Shown: positions 13,701 to 26,269 of the stretch, in pieces | Layout of the letters: every line of letters begins with the position of its first letter | How positions within the stretch are numbered: the first letter of the stretch is position 1 | NCBI GenBank assembly: GCA_030704615.1 | Contig: CM060731.1 | Coordinates: forward strand, 59,272,001-59,336,000 | Length of the DNA: 64,000 bases | DNA from: Takakia lepidozioides | Taxonomy: Eukaryota; Plantae; Bryophyta | Reading direction: 5' to 3' | Notes under the pieces: model-generated | What the model saw: only the letters and a program-made list of their open reading frames with translations | The model's database searches: none | Told to the model about the DNA's origin: nothing | Translations under genes and position numbers: made by a program

Positions 13701-16578
13701 TTTAGATCAGAAGGGATGACTGATGTAGGGATCAAGACCCCAATACTGCTGGGAGAGGCTGCAGCTTCAGCTGCCAGTGCTGAGTTTGTAACCTCTTCCC
13801 TTCTTTCAATTTTATGCTCATGAGTCATATTCATCTCCATCACAGCATGTGTGCTGGTGCTTCTATCCTCTTCTGCATTCACATCTGTCATGCCTCCCAA
13901 AAGTCCCAGTAAGTTGGTTAGTTCTTCCCTCATCACCAACAGATGAAAGATGATGCTTCATTTGACAATATCAGGCCCCCATACGATTAGTCAACAGAAG
14001 GGGAAAAAGGCATCTAAACACAAAAATTAACTACTGGATATACCCATCGTTGTTTAAAGTCATAATGGATCACCCATTGCCAGTGGAACCTAGTATCAAG
14101 TGTTTACAGAGGAGTTGCTGCAGTGACTACTATAAGGAGCTTTACTTCAGTGTCCGTACCCAGTAGGACAAATTTATCGTGATCTTACAAGGCCCTATTA
14201 TGCCTGTGCTTCACGAGGCAAGGAAAAACTCTTGAAGCAAGAAACAAATCAAAGACTAACAAAATAGCAACCAACTCACTGTGTCCCATCTGTTCCAGCT
14301 GCTCCATTCGTCCCAACTTGTCCAACCATGCCTTGATCTCACCAGGCCTTTCAGGAGCACAATTCCCAGCTTCCAGGAAGGCAGCCCTGGCATCAGGTGT
14401 CCTCTTCAGCGAGCAGAGAGCAATGCTGTTGCAGACCCCAGAATAATGATTAATTACACTGGAAAGTCAGTAAAGGGGAGGGCACAATTCACTCAAAAAA
14501 GGTAAAGAGGAAAGAGCTACAACTGCATATGACAGTCCAGTTGGAGAAGGCCAAAATGACATAGGAAAAGGAGAACTTTGGTGGACAGCAACAGCATAAT
14601 GGATCAACATACCCCTTCCTTGTGTAGGCCTCCTTCAGAGCTGGTTTAAGCTGAATGGCTCTGTCAGCATCAGCAGCTGCTTCTGAAATATACAATCAGC
14701 TTTTATGAGCACCAACCACAGACTCATGTTGTAGACAACAGGGGAGCAAGATAGGGAACAATGTCCACATGTACATATACCATTTCAGAATGGCCAACCC
14801 AACCTAGAGCTGCCACAAGTTTGAGATACTCACCATTACCTGCATTATTAAAGGTCACCGATCAAACAAGCTGTGCAGGCTGGTGTTTCTGATCATTTCA
14901 GTTAGGCAGAATGCTTGATGATATGTGGGTGGTGGCCTTGAGGGAAGAGATGGATACACTGAGTGGGTGGGAGTAAGAAGAGCTCAACTCAAATTACAGG
15001 TTGAATCAAGGCACATGCACCCGACCCTTGGGATTCCAAAGTTAAGGCAGATATCCCATCCAACTAGATGAAAATATCATTATGGCACCACCCATCTAAG
15101 CAACTACAGTTGATTTTGCTCTGATCCCTGGCTAGCAACTTACTGCTACAAAAGGCCCACTCCATCTACCCAATCTTGCAAAATGACGAGAAGTGCACAC
15201 TCAATGGTTCCAACATGACCACCAACAACTGAAATTCTTGTAAACTGAAACACAAACAAACTCAGGCGACCTGTAGAAAGCATGACTTGCACAAGTTCTC
15301 AGACCAAAGTTTATCATGTCCTGTCCCACAAACATCCATCCCACATTGAAATTCACAACTTGCTCCCATCTGATGAAAATTCCTCTGGCGACCAGTGGCT
15401 TCTGTTTGGCTTGGTGTTGTAGAACTTCAAGGGGCCTGATGCTTTTGAATTTGTTTGCTGATGAATTGATTTTGAGAACACGAGCATCAAATGAAATTGC
15501 ACACCATCTGGCTTATTTTAATCTTTACGTACATTACCTCCTGCCTGGCTCATGCGGACCCTAAATGCAATTGAAGCCAATTCATTAGTCTGCCATCGGG
15601 CAGAATGCAGGCATTATTATAGCACCATAATTTATAATTATGTGTCACCAAAGAGTACAGTTTGTAGTTCATAACACACAAATGCATTCTGCACCTAAAT
15701 ATGCATGTGGCCAGAGAAGCCTATAGACTGTTTATTAGTGCAATCTGAATAAGACAGCAGGTACATACTTCACAGGGCGCAAAATTGTCTGAACTACAAA
15801 CAGCAATATCATAACCAGCAACATCTGAGACAAATGGAGATAGTTTTGGATGGTGCGATAAAAATGCCCTTTGAGACCCACGCTTGATTGTGCGCAGATC
15901 CTGTAGATTGACAGATGGTTCAGCAAAAAGTAAGAAGCATACTCCTTCAATTAATGAGGTTTTTCCTTACATGCACAGGCAGCAGGCCATGCGAATTGCT
16001 ATAATCAATAAGGCTATGATGACATGAGCAGGAGAGAAGAAAGGAAGCCATAGAAAAGGCACCGGCGGTGAAAAAATCCAAAGGGTGCATGTGCACAAGG
16101 TGGTTTTGTATCTGTAACTCTGCACCTTACTGTGGGAAGGGGCATGGTATAAGGAAGAAGACTCGAAGATGTACTCAGTAAAAATTCCCTGGACAGATTT
16201 AACCCACCAAGGAACAAATCTCAGAGGTCACGCATACCCCTTCAGTTTTCTCTTCTAAGAAGGAAGTGGCTAATGCTGCACTGGCAGTAAGTGAAAAGGG
16301 CACAAGAGACAGAGAGCCAAGTGAAGAAGATGAAACAGAAGGGGACAGTGGAGGGGGAGGCAGAGAGCTAATACCCTGCGGATAGCTCTCAACAACAAAC
16401 ATGTAGTCAAGGTAAAGATGACAAGAAAAGTACCTGCAAATTTGTGATCAACGCAGTGTCGAATAGAGCGAACAACATAGAGTTGTGCACTATTGGGGTT
16501 GGCCTTAATGGCCTTGTCGCAGACCGCGAGCCTATGATCTAGCTTCAATACAGCATTTCCTCTACCGCTCTCCTCCAT
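13701..16578 (-). CDS. SGT1-like N-terminal exons (TPR domain plus linker), probably fused to ATRX
   Basis: Exon1 16578-16434 (MEES..CDKAIKANPNSAQLYVVRS..KFA, phase 1); exon2 14682-14613 (EAAADADRAIQLKPALKEAYTRKG); exon3 14425-14280 (IALCSLKR..AAFLEAGNCAPE..AWLDK, phase 1); candidate exon4 13872/13884-13701 (phase 1 in, phase 2 out). No stops or frameshifts. Resembles plant SGT1 (EAVADANKAIELDP..KAYLRKG) including intron positions. Confidence 0.8.
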
Positions 16579-18199
16579 TAAGAGAACGCAAAGCCTTCAA
16601 CATTGCACAGAGAAAATGGGCAACGGTGGGAGCGGATGAAGTCGAGAGGTATTTTACCTGCGATCAACTGACCATCAAGAATTAAGCAGGACCGTGTACG
16701 TGGTGTATTCGAGAATGGCCCACTGGATACAGACTAAGAGAAACAGAGACAAGGAAGGTGCAGAGAATGACACAAGAGAGCGGCAAATACACGGGGCTCT
16801 ATGGCAAGCACGGTGCAGCGTGCATAGACAGGCACAGATGAAAGGCGAACAGCGTCAGATGACAACTTTCTCTCTACGAGTCAGAGAAAGAGACAGTCTC
16901 TCAAACTGAAAGGGAGACTACCAGACTCCGAAGACGTTGTGCCTTCACAACAACATAATTCGATCAGTGTACACCCCACTTCCTTGGCGAGCTATGAAGA
17001 ATTCTGTCTGGAAAAATGCTAATGACTCGGAGACGACAATGAGAAGGACAGGCGGGATTGGCCGCCAACCTCAGAACTGAGAAAGAGTCTTTACAAATTG
17101 GTGACTGTCATATGGTAGGGTGAGACTCAAGATCGAAAAGCGGAAGCGGGCTAACCCTGCGAATATAAGGTACAAGATGGACAGAAAAGCCCTCCGAACT
17201 GAAGGAATCCTGCATCAAGTTGTCGCCATGATGAAGAGCAATTTGATCACAAAAACTCGCGTCTTCAGTAAGACGGAATGACAACATCTCATAACACCAA
17301 ACACCAACAAGAGAATGGCAGTAGGCTCGAAGCGCGATTCTCATGTGAACCGAGAAGGAGATTCTACTCAGCAGAAGGAAAATGTTTCAAGTTCTTGATC
17401 ACATGACACACCTATACTTAGCTTGACGGGAACAAGTCAGGGCACAGAAAAAGTACAATACTGAGATGGATCCCTCTTCAAACATTAGCGCAACGATACC
17501 TGAATGGCCAAGTGTAAGCGCGTCCTCGACTGAAGAAATATAACCTACTCCACCAACTATCTTTCAAAGATCTCCATCCCGTAGAGGGGAAACCAGACTA
17601 GACGACAACACGGTGAAGTTTGAAGTAAAGGAAGAAGATTTCTTTCTGTGCTCCCCGCAAAACATTTGTGATCAAACTCGTCCCTCATCTCTATCGCCAT
17701 TTACACCCTCCCTTCACAAACTCCGAATCCCTAATACCCAATGCCTCTGCAAGCTCCATCTCATGACTGTGTGCATTTGAACACAGGACCTCACCCTACG
17801 CTGCCCTAACCACCAAATCATGCTTTATCGGAGCTTAAAACACGGCCTAATACCTATTAGATCAAGGAAATGGGACATTTTTTAATCCCCCATTCAATTG
17901 ACGCGATGAATGGAGTTGAACCCGGCACTAGTGCACTGTGAGGTACAAATTCAAGCCCGTCTGACCAGCAAACCTTCCCGCGTACGCTACCCTTATACCC
18001 AAGTCTGACGAACGATTTGCACGTCAGTATCACAACGAAAGGCGCAACCGAGCTAGCTGGTCGCTTCACCGTCTATTCCCCGCGACAGGGGTTACATTCT
18101 CACCCAAGTTAGGCGGCGGCCATCCCAATATTACAACTCCAGATATCAACGGCTGAAAAAAATCCCAGGGAAATAAGAGAGAAACATTTCTTATTTTTA

Positions 18200-18830
18200 T
18201 TTTTTCCAAGGAAACACCAGCCCCAGCAACTGGGCCTTGAGGGCGAAAATAAATCCCCTTTCTGGGCGAGGGACGCATTCCAGGGGCAGAGCCCCAGCTT
18301 CAAGGCAGAGAGACAGATGACAAGGGTTTGAACCCCAGAACCACACGGCAATACACGAGTGGCTTACGGGGGCCACAGCCATCAAATGTCTATATTTTTT
18401 CTTTTTTCTTTTTTCTGAGAAACAGGGGATGAATGAAACTTTATGTAACTCAGGCCCCCTTATTTCTACTCATTTGCAGATGGTTTAGGTTCCAAATTTT
18501 TTTTTTTTAATGGGCCCTGCTTCCCGAGCCCACCAAAGTGAGGTGGAGGCAAAAGAAACCTGTAAAATCTAGCCTTTCCCCTCTTTATATACTCTCTCGG
18601 TGGTCGAGCCTTCTAGAAAGGGGCCCACCGCCTCATCCTGCTTTTGGAACTAGGAGGGCTCACCTCCTACTTCTATGCTTGGCCTCTACACGTGGCCTCA
18701 CATTTCACCCATTCTAACAGAGGTACCCTCCCTCCCTATTGGCTCTCCAATCCTCTCCCTTTTTCCAACCTTCAGGAATAGCCCCTACCAGAACTCAGGG
18801 CAGGTCCCCTTAAGTATATTTAAGGGGAAA
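18200..18830 (-). repeat. Repeat carrying an internal tRNA-like module, homologous to 28960-29430
   Basis: Colinear blocks ggcc(c)ttgagg..aaaata(a/aa)ccc, gggtttgaa(a)cccc, ggccctg..gagcccac, tttatat..gagccttctagaa(a/g)gggg in both copies. Confidence 0.6.
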
Positions 18831-20597
18831 AAAACTATAACCCCCCCCCCAAACACACACCATAACGGATGGAAATTTGGAAAACTTGGATGAATATCGC
18901 TTAAAAGCTCGGTTATGTCCGATAATTCACCATCACTCGCCTCTCGACGGACTGTAGCCTGGCATCAATCGCCGCTCCTGTGGCTCAGCAGTATCCTGTG
19001 CCATGCTACTCATCTTGGTGGATACCTAGTCCGTAGTCAGTGAAAGAGCCAACAAGACAGGGTGAAAAGAACGAACAAGGGCAGACAACTCCAGATACCA
19101 TGAAAAGAGACCAATATCATTATGAAAGGACAAGAAAAAACAAATGACAGAAATAAAAGGCCATGACGAATTTTAAAATTTTCCAATAATGTTTATTAAT
19201 TTAATTATTTGCTATATTATGCCGCCAGGTCAGAGAGCAATAATGGAGCCTACGCCTCCGCACCACACATGCTGGGATGTACGAGCTTATTACAGCTGTG
19301 CCGGATTGCGACCACCACGATGGATGGATGGATGGATGGATGTGTCTTGACCAGGCCGGTCACACCCATGGAATGAATGAATTGCATCCAAATATGAACT
19401 TGGATGGAATCTCGGGTGACGTGCATAGAGACGTGGATTTGAACCAACCTCAGGCTGCCAGGTCAGCCATTGCATGAAACCAGTGGTTCTTCAAGGAGAC
19501 GTGGATGAATGAACATCGATGGTGGGCCCCACAGGATGAACTGAATAATCATTAGTTTGAACCATTCAACTCCGAGGAGACTCACTTGACATGACTAAAT
19601 ATTCAATTTTCGAGACAATGGTTCATCCACACCAATAGTCCATCCATTTCCAGTGTGATGAATGTGCTTGAAGAGTCCTTGTATCCGTTCAGTCACATTT
19701 GGATGAAAAGATATTGATGACATCCATACAATAGAGCCTATTTAGCTTTAAATACGTGGGTAGATGAATAGTAAGCATACAAATCATGTGACGGTATCTA
19801 AATGCAAATTAAGATGATATTATGATAGAAAGAGAAGAGAGAGAGATGAGACACCAACCGGAGGTAGCGTAAACAGGAGCCGCTTCCCTAAGGCTCGTGG
19901 TACTGCTGCGCTTCCCTTTCAAGGTGGGCAATATGATTATGGTCGCATTCAGAAAGGTATTTGCCACCAACTTGCTGAATCTCGACCATATAAGTTTCGT
20001 TGACAAAGCATTGTAAGGTTCAAACTTCAACTACTTCAGAAAGCGTCCGTGGTGAAATTCAAATAGAAAAATAGCTAGGTTATCTAAGCATTGGTAACTT
20101 GCAACCTCTCAAAATGGTAGAGGAGACTCTTATCTTGTGAAAACAAGCATGATAGCCTTGAGCGAATTACTATATGATTACATGACTACAATAGCGAGCA
20201 CCTAGAGGTTTTATACTTGCTCTATCAAGCCATTGTATTCTTTACAACTGGCTACAACCAGTCACAAAAGCAAGAACAAATCTGAAACCTTAAAATAAAG
20301 TGTATTTGAAAAGGCAATTGCCGGTGGCCCCTGCTCTCAACGGGATGCACATAACAGACCTTGGTTGCTTTGACCCACGGAATAATCCAATCTCTAAACT
20401 ATAAGTCCACGTGTGAGGGGGTAACATTGGAAAAGGGTCATAATATGTGGGCTCCTAGAAAGCAAAGTGGTAAGGGCATAAACCATTTCACTCATGGTTG
20501 TGGGTTCATATCACATCTTGGATATCATAAAGATGTCCACGTCTTCCAAATCAAGTACACCATAGTTGCATAAAATCACGTGACATAGCGTTAACAC

Positions 20598-21389
20598 CAG
20601 TGTTGGGCGGTTATTTATATTTTTTGCTAACAAGCGGTTGCGGTTACATTGGAACTCAATATTGAAAGAACCTTGTAGGCCGGTTACTTCAATTTATTGA
20701 CTTTCTAATAACCTGTCGGTTGCGGTTAAGAGTGACATGTTTTTTTGGCCAGATACCCATAAATCCCGGTTATCATTTTCGCTACAACTGAGGATTATAC
20801 AACAGGTTATGTTTATTTGTTTATTTATTTAAAATGAATATGCTGAAACTTCTATCAATCATAGTATATTTTCAATGGATTAGTTCAATAGAGTTGGCCT
20901 GCAGGTATATTTTAGATATATGACACATGCATCTGGAATTACTAAATGAATTGGGCTCATCCATGGGGATTTCAAAAACTACAATGTCATATCATAATGT
21001 TTCAATGTGCTTCAATACATGAAGCTCTAGCAAGCTCATTCATGAATTTAGCCAAGGACTCACACCTCAGAAACGCCACTCATAACCTTAGGTTATTCAA
21101 TCCAATATATATATATTCGTAACCGTCCACTTCAAAAACACCCAACTGGTTGTCTACATCATTTTTTTAAATTTTGACCTCCGCCGGTTATTTGTATGCC
21201 TACACTCTGTCAGTTCCTAACGGACCGATTATTTCAATTTTTCATCTCCTTTACTTGTATGCCTACAATCTGCCAGTTCCTAACGGGACCGATTATTTCA
21301 AATCTTCATCTCCTGCGGTTATATATGTATATAACCAGATAGATAACCAACTGTTATTCTAGACAAGAATAAGTAACCGCCCAACATTG
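20598..21389. mobile_element. Non-autonomous hAT element (MITE)
   Basis: TIRs CAGTGTTGGGCGGTTA / TAACCGCCCAACATTG (1 mismatch), perfect 8-bp TSD GTTAACAC (20590-20597 and 21390-21397), many internal CGGTTA/TAACCG subterminal motifs. Confidence 0.92.
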
Positions 21390-21539
21390 GTTAACACGTC
21401 AGCATCACGTAGTGATGTGCATCACGTCACCTCAATAACTAACTTCATGTTATAAAATTTTATCTTATTTTAACTTCTACAAAGCATAGTTAACAATACG
21501 TAAACTGCTACTTCAGCTTTGACGCCCCCAAATTATAAG

Positions 21540-22310
21540 AAATTAATTCATAAATTCAGGACTACCAAATCTAGCCGATTTTTAAAAAATATGTAATAAA
21601 TCGGGCCCGCCAGCTCTGGCAATATCTATTATCAAAAATATATCTAATAAATTCAAAACCACCAACTCTAACGGTCTTGATCTTCAGAAAATTATGTATT
21701 AAATTCGGCACCGTCAGCTCTGACATTCCCAATTTTAGATAAAAACAATTATTACTAGCTTTGGCGGTCCACATTTTCTAAATATTTAATAAATTTAGGA
21801 TTGATTGTCCTAATTTTTTAATTATTTTAATGAATTTGGGTTCCCCAACTATTGCAATCCAATCTTGTTTTGTAATTATTTTATTAAATTCAAGAGTGCC
21901 AGCTCGGACGCTTTTTATTTTTTTGCCTTCTTGGATAAAATTTGGACTACCAGAGTTCGTGGTCCCAATTTTTATTTAATTTTTAGAATAAAATCAAAAT
22001 CACCAAAGCTACTTGTCCAAGTTTTAATTTTAAGTTTTATATTTTATTTCTTTTTAAAGATTTCAGATCGAGACTGTCAAAATTTTATTTTTATATTTTT
22101 AATAAAATTGGGACCATATTGACGGCCCTGGACTTTTAATCTTTATTATTTTTTATAAAATCGAGACCGCTATATTAGGCGGTCCCGAATTTTTTGATTT
22201 ATATGTTTTAAATCAAGATAGCCAGAGATGATAATCCCATTTCTTTCTTTCATCTTTAAAGATAAAAATCATGATCGCCTAATTGGCGGTCCTTATTTTT
22301 CTCTTTTTTA
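21540..22310. repeat. Degenerate array of GGGACCGCC-N5/6-GGCGGTCCC dyads in AT-rich spacers
   Basis: For example gagaccgctatattaggcggtccc, gggcccgccagctctggc and gatcgcctaattggcggtcc; period about 50 bp. Confidence 0.75.
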
Positions 22311-22337
22311 GAATCTGTTATTCAAAAAATAAAAAAT

Positions 22338-25060
22338 TCAGTGGGGTTTGTCCCCGTTCCCCTCCCAATTGTAACCATGCCTCGATTTCCCCAACCACCT
22401 TGTCGGTCTTAAAGTCCTTAGTTTCTTGAGATGTCCCTTTGGGCACATGCAAAAAATATGTTTCACCGTTGTCCGAGCTCCCAAGTCATACATTGTGCAT
22501 TTTGCTGTGTTAGCATCCCGTATGGGCCTTATCAGTTTTAATCGAGATTTGGTTGGCAGCATATTGAATGTTGTCTTGACCATGGTACCGTACTCTGGAA
22601 CAGAAAGCATGATAGTTTTGAGCCAAGATCTATTTTCCGGGGCCTGAAGTCCTTCATACTTCAACATTTGGGACGTCTTGAGTTGCCCCAACTTCTGAAG
22701 ATCCAGCTTTGCCGTTGCCTGATCTAAGTACAATTTGAGCTCTTTTGCATCTTCAATCCTAATATATTCCAACCTTCTTGAGAAATTTCAGAGATGGTCA
22801 ATCCGGATACCCAATTCTCTACATGTTTTAGTCAATTCTCTATCATGTAAGTATGTCATTATTTCATTTGTACCATCCTTATTCCGTTTCGAAATATCAA
22901 TTTCCCAAACAACCGTCCAACATGGGACTTTCGATTGGTTGTGCTTTCCATTTGAGAAATATCATTGGGGAGGTCACTCCCCGTATATTTTCAAAACCAC
23001 GTGAGAACAAATATAGGGTGCAATTTATTTTTTTGAGGTAAAATTTAGAAAAAATTTAGTGAGAAAATATGGTAAGATAATATCCTTTCACCTAGTTTTT
23101 TCTTAAAAATGTCACAAAAAAAATCCAGAGTTTTACTTAAAAAGTTAATGTAGTAAAGGGTTTTATCTACAGTATAATGTCTCCATCATTGTGAAGTTTC
23201 TCATATTTCATCCAGCTCTAATCCATCAAGATAGGTAGAGAGCACCTGAGGTTCAAATATGATTCCAGTGATACACAGTGGATTGATGTTGATACCATAA
23301 TCTCAACAATGACTATGGCATTTGAACCATCTCAAAACTTATATTCTTTAGATCCAAGTGATGTTGCGGCTTTCAATGAGTTCGTGGCTAATGAAAATCA
23401 AACTTTTTCTTGGGTCTGGCATTTGACTTATGTTATATGGAATGTACTTGTTTGTGTAAATACTTTGAAATTTTGCAATTATTTAAAACGACAATTTAAA
23501 ATATGGTCTAATTAATTGTTGCAAAAGAAACTTATAAAGAAAAATAGGGTGTTAGAAAATAAAGGGTTTTACAATATTACCTAAAGATAGGGTGGAGAAA
23601 AATGCAAAATTTTAAAAATATAGCCTAGTATAAATATACCTTTGTATGCACGTGATATGAAAAAAATACATATAGAGACCCTCCGTGGAAATATCTAGCC
23701 GTGCGAATCATGCTCACCATTTGCATCTTACAGGAGTAATGTGGCACGGTGACGGAACAACCCAGGTATGAGTTCATCTGGAGAGTCCAAAAAGCGAAAG
23801 ACGGAGCTCACTAGCGTCCCTTTGTATATCGCGTGAAAATCCCTTAATCTCACCCCAAGTGGCGGGTCCCTGCTACTAGTAATTTTCCGCTTTCCACTTT
23901 GGGTTTCCGTCCCAATGTTTTCCGGGCGGATGCATTTGTACGAACGTAGTTTCATCTAAAATGAACTTAGGGATCACGTGGGTTCTCATGATGAACTCCA
24001 ATATGGGTCAAACTGCCATTGTAATCATATCCAACTTGAGTGAAGGATGGAGCAACTTGGTGAACTAACTGTCATTGACTAGAATCAATTTGGCATGCAT
24101 CTTTGCCAATGTCATCATTCATGGGTGATCTTGTTGTCCACCTTCCATCTGCGGGATTTGATTCGTGACAAGGCTGGCCGGGGACTTGTGCATTCTCAAG
24201 TACTTAAACGTTTAAGCTACAAGAAGTTTGCATGACTTCTTATCCTTGGAGAGTAACCGAAATTGGAAGATCCACTCCCTTTCTTTGACGAAATACCCGA
24301 GCTCAAACTTGACATTTTTCCGTATAGAATGCGATCTCCGACCAATCTGCCCATTTAGAACCAATTTTTGCCATCTTCAATAGATCGGGCAGCAAATCTG
24401 ACACTCGAAATTCATCGTCCACATAATCTGCTCCCGTCACATTGATGTTTCCCAAACCAGCTTACGCATTCTTGTTCCACCCATTTAGCCACTGTGTCTT
24501 TGATGAGCGCAAAGATCAGTGGACTAATCGTGTTTCCTTGCGCAATCCCGTTTATAATGTGGATGATATCTGATGACTTGGTATTTCTCATTGTCGTTTC
24601 GATCCACATCTTTTTTAGGCTTGGAGAGAGGTTCGTCATAAGATGATTATCGCAATGTGTCCCAACGGGATGGACGTGAACGCATCCGCATAATCAGTCA
24701 TGAGGACAAACACATCTTGTTGCCTCCGTCTTGACTGTTCTAAACAAGATGTCAACTTAAAGTCTCATTCTGCGCAACCTGCTCTCCCTGGATTTATCCC
24801 CACGTGCATGATGGACCTCACTTGTGCCGCCCCCAGTCCTTCATGTGCTTCATTAGCAATCAGATTCGATAAAATCTTGAAGATTACATGAAGCATGGTA
24901 ATGGGTTGTCCTCCCCCTGGATCCCTTGGATCCTTCCCCGATTTTTGAAATAAACATGACTTTAGTGTTTCTGCAGGCGAGCAACGGGATTCTGCCGAAC
25001 CTATACCGAAGATTTAAAATACCTCTGTCACTATAAAAGAAATCTAATTTCAAAAAATTA
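22338..25060 (-). mobile_element. Degenerate non-LTR retrotransposon with RT and CCHC-RHD signature (RLE/R2-group-like), interrupted by a DNA transposon
   Basis: RT motifs QPITML, GINPGRAGCAE, TDYADAFTSIP, GIAQGNTISPLIF, ADYVDD, FKYL (~24930-24195); C-terminal KC..TVKHIFCMCPKGHLKKLRTLR(H)DKVVGEI with a 1-nt deletion in H (~22500-22380). Confidence 0.75.
22998..23654 (+). mobile_element. Non-autonomous TIR element with CACGTG termini, copy 1
   Basis: Ends cacgtgagaacaaatatagggtgcaattt ... atacctttgtatgcacgtg; internal coding remnant FKYDSSDTQWIDVDTIISTMTM; ATAGGGTG subterminal motifs; homologous to 43529-44439. Confidence 0.7.
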
Positions 25061-25464
25061 TTTCATTGTAATACAAACTCATCTAGTATTTGGTCTTGGG
25101 CGGGAATAGGATTGGGTCTCTCCGTAGCGTCAAGTAGCCACCACGATCTTTCGAGTGCGAGGCGGGGTATTTTTTTTTTTCGAGTGAGGTCTTAAATGTG
25201 GTAACACATCACCTGCTCTCGCTGATACTTCCTTCTAAGGCGGAACGCTCCCCCTAGATTCACGTGGAACTAGTAATTAGAATTTTTGACAACGTCCTAC
25301 CCCACGTTACAAGATAATAACATAATTCTTCTATTTTTTTTCAAGAATAGAAATTCATAGTTTTGAGTTGATTCGCGATTTCGTCATGTACGTGATATGA
25401 AGTGGTGAAGAAATAACTCCGCGGACCGATTCTATCGAATGTAGTTATGATCCTTTTGATGATG

Positions 25465-26005
25465 CTAAAATCGGGAATGCCAGAGTTGGCTGTCATGATT
25501 TATTTATTTTTCTGAAACCAAAGCTTGAAATAATCGGGACCTCTAGAGTTGACAATCCTGATTTTTTTTTTTCGATAAAATTGTGACCAACAATGCTCGT
25601 AGTGTTTTTTATTTGGTAAATTTGGATGAGATCAGGACCGCTTGTTCTAGCGATAGTAATGTTTGTATTTTTTAATGATAAAATCGGGACAATCCCAATT
25701 TCTTCAATATTTTTTAATTTGTTCTTATGGATGAAATCGGGACTGCCAATGTTAAAGAATATAAATGGATAAAACATGTACTGCGAGCTTTAGCGATCCC
25801 AAATTTTTGTAAACACAATTTGGATAATTGGCGGTCCCGATATTCAATTTTTTGTTGTTTCTTAATGTTTCGGGATCACCAGAGCTGATGGTCTCTGTTT
25901 TTTTAACATATATATATATATATACCGCATGTGCTGGCGGTCCAATTTTACTTAAGTATTTTTCAAAATATATGGGACCGCTAGCACTGGTGGTCCCAAT
26001 TTTAT
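25465..26005. repeat. Second block of the GGGACCGCC/GGCGGTCCC dyad array
   Basis: aaatcgggaatgccagagttggctgtcatgattt, gggatcaccagagctgatggtctc, gggaccgctagcactggtggtccc and similar units. Confidence 0.75.
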
Positions 26006-26269
26006 TTAGATAAAATTTGAATTAACTAAATATTTGAAATATCTATATTATTTACCTAGCCGATGTGACACTTTTTAGATTGTTTCCTCATGCCATGTGG
26101 CCATTTTTCATACATTTTTAGCCTATTTGGCATCTATTTTTCAGCCTCTATATTTTTTGAGTATTTTTATATAAAACTAACGAAATGACGCAGACCCGCG
26201 TCAACGTCAGGTCCGAGGTGGCCTAACATGAGGCACGCACGGTTGATTGCGGATATATATGAATACTAC

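Noticed and set aside
15455-15500. Hammerhead-like CTGATGA...GAAA
   Set aside because: Stem II is imperfect and I could not form convincing stems I and III
17050-17830. Possible retroelement coding remnant
   Set aside because: No diagnostic motif could be read
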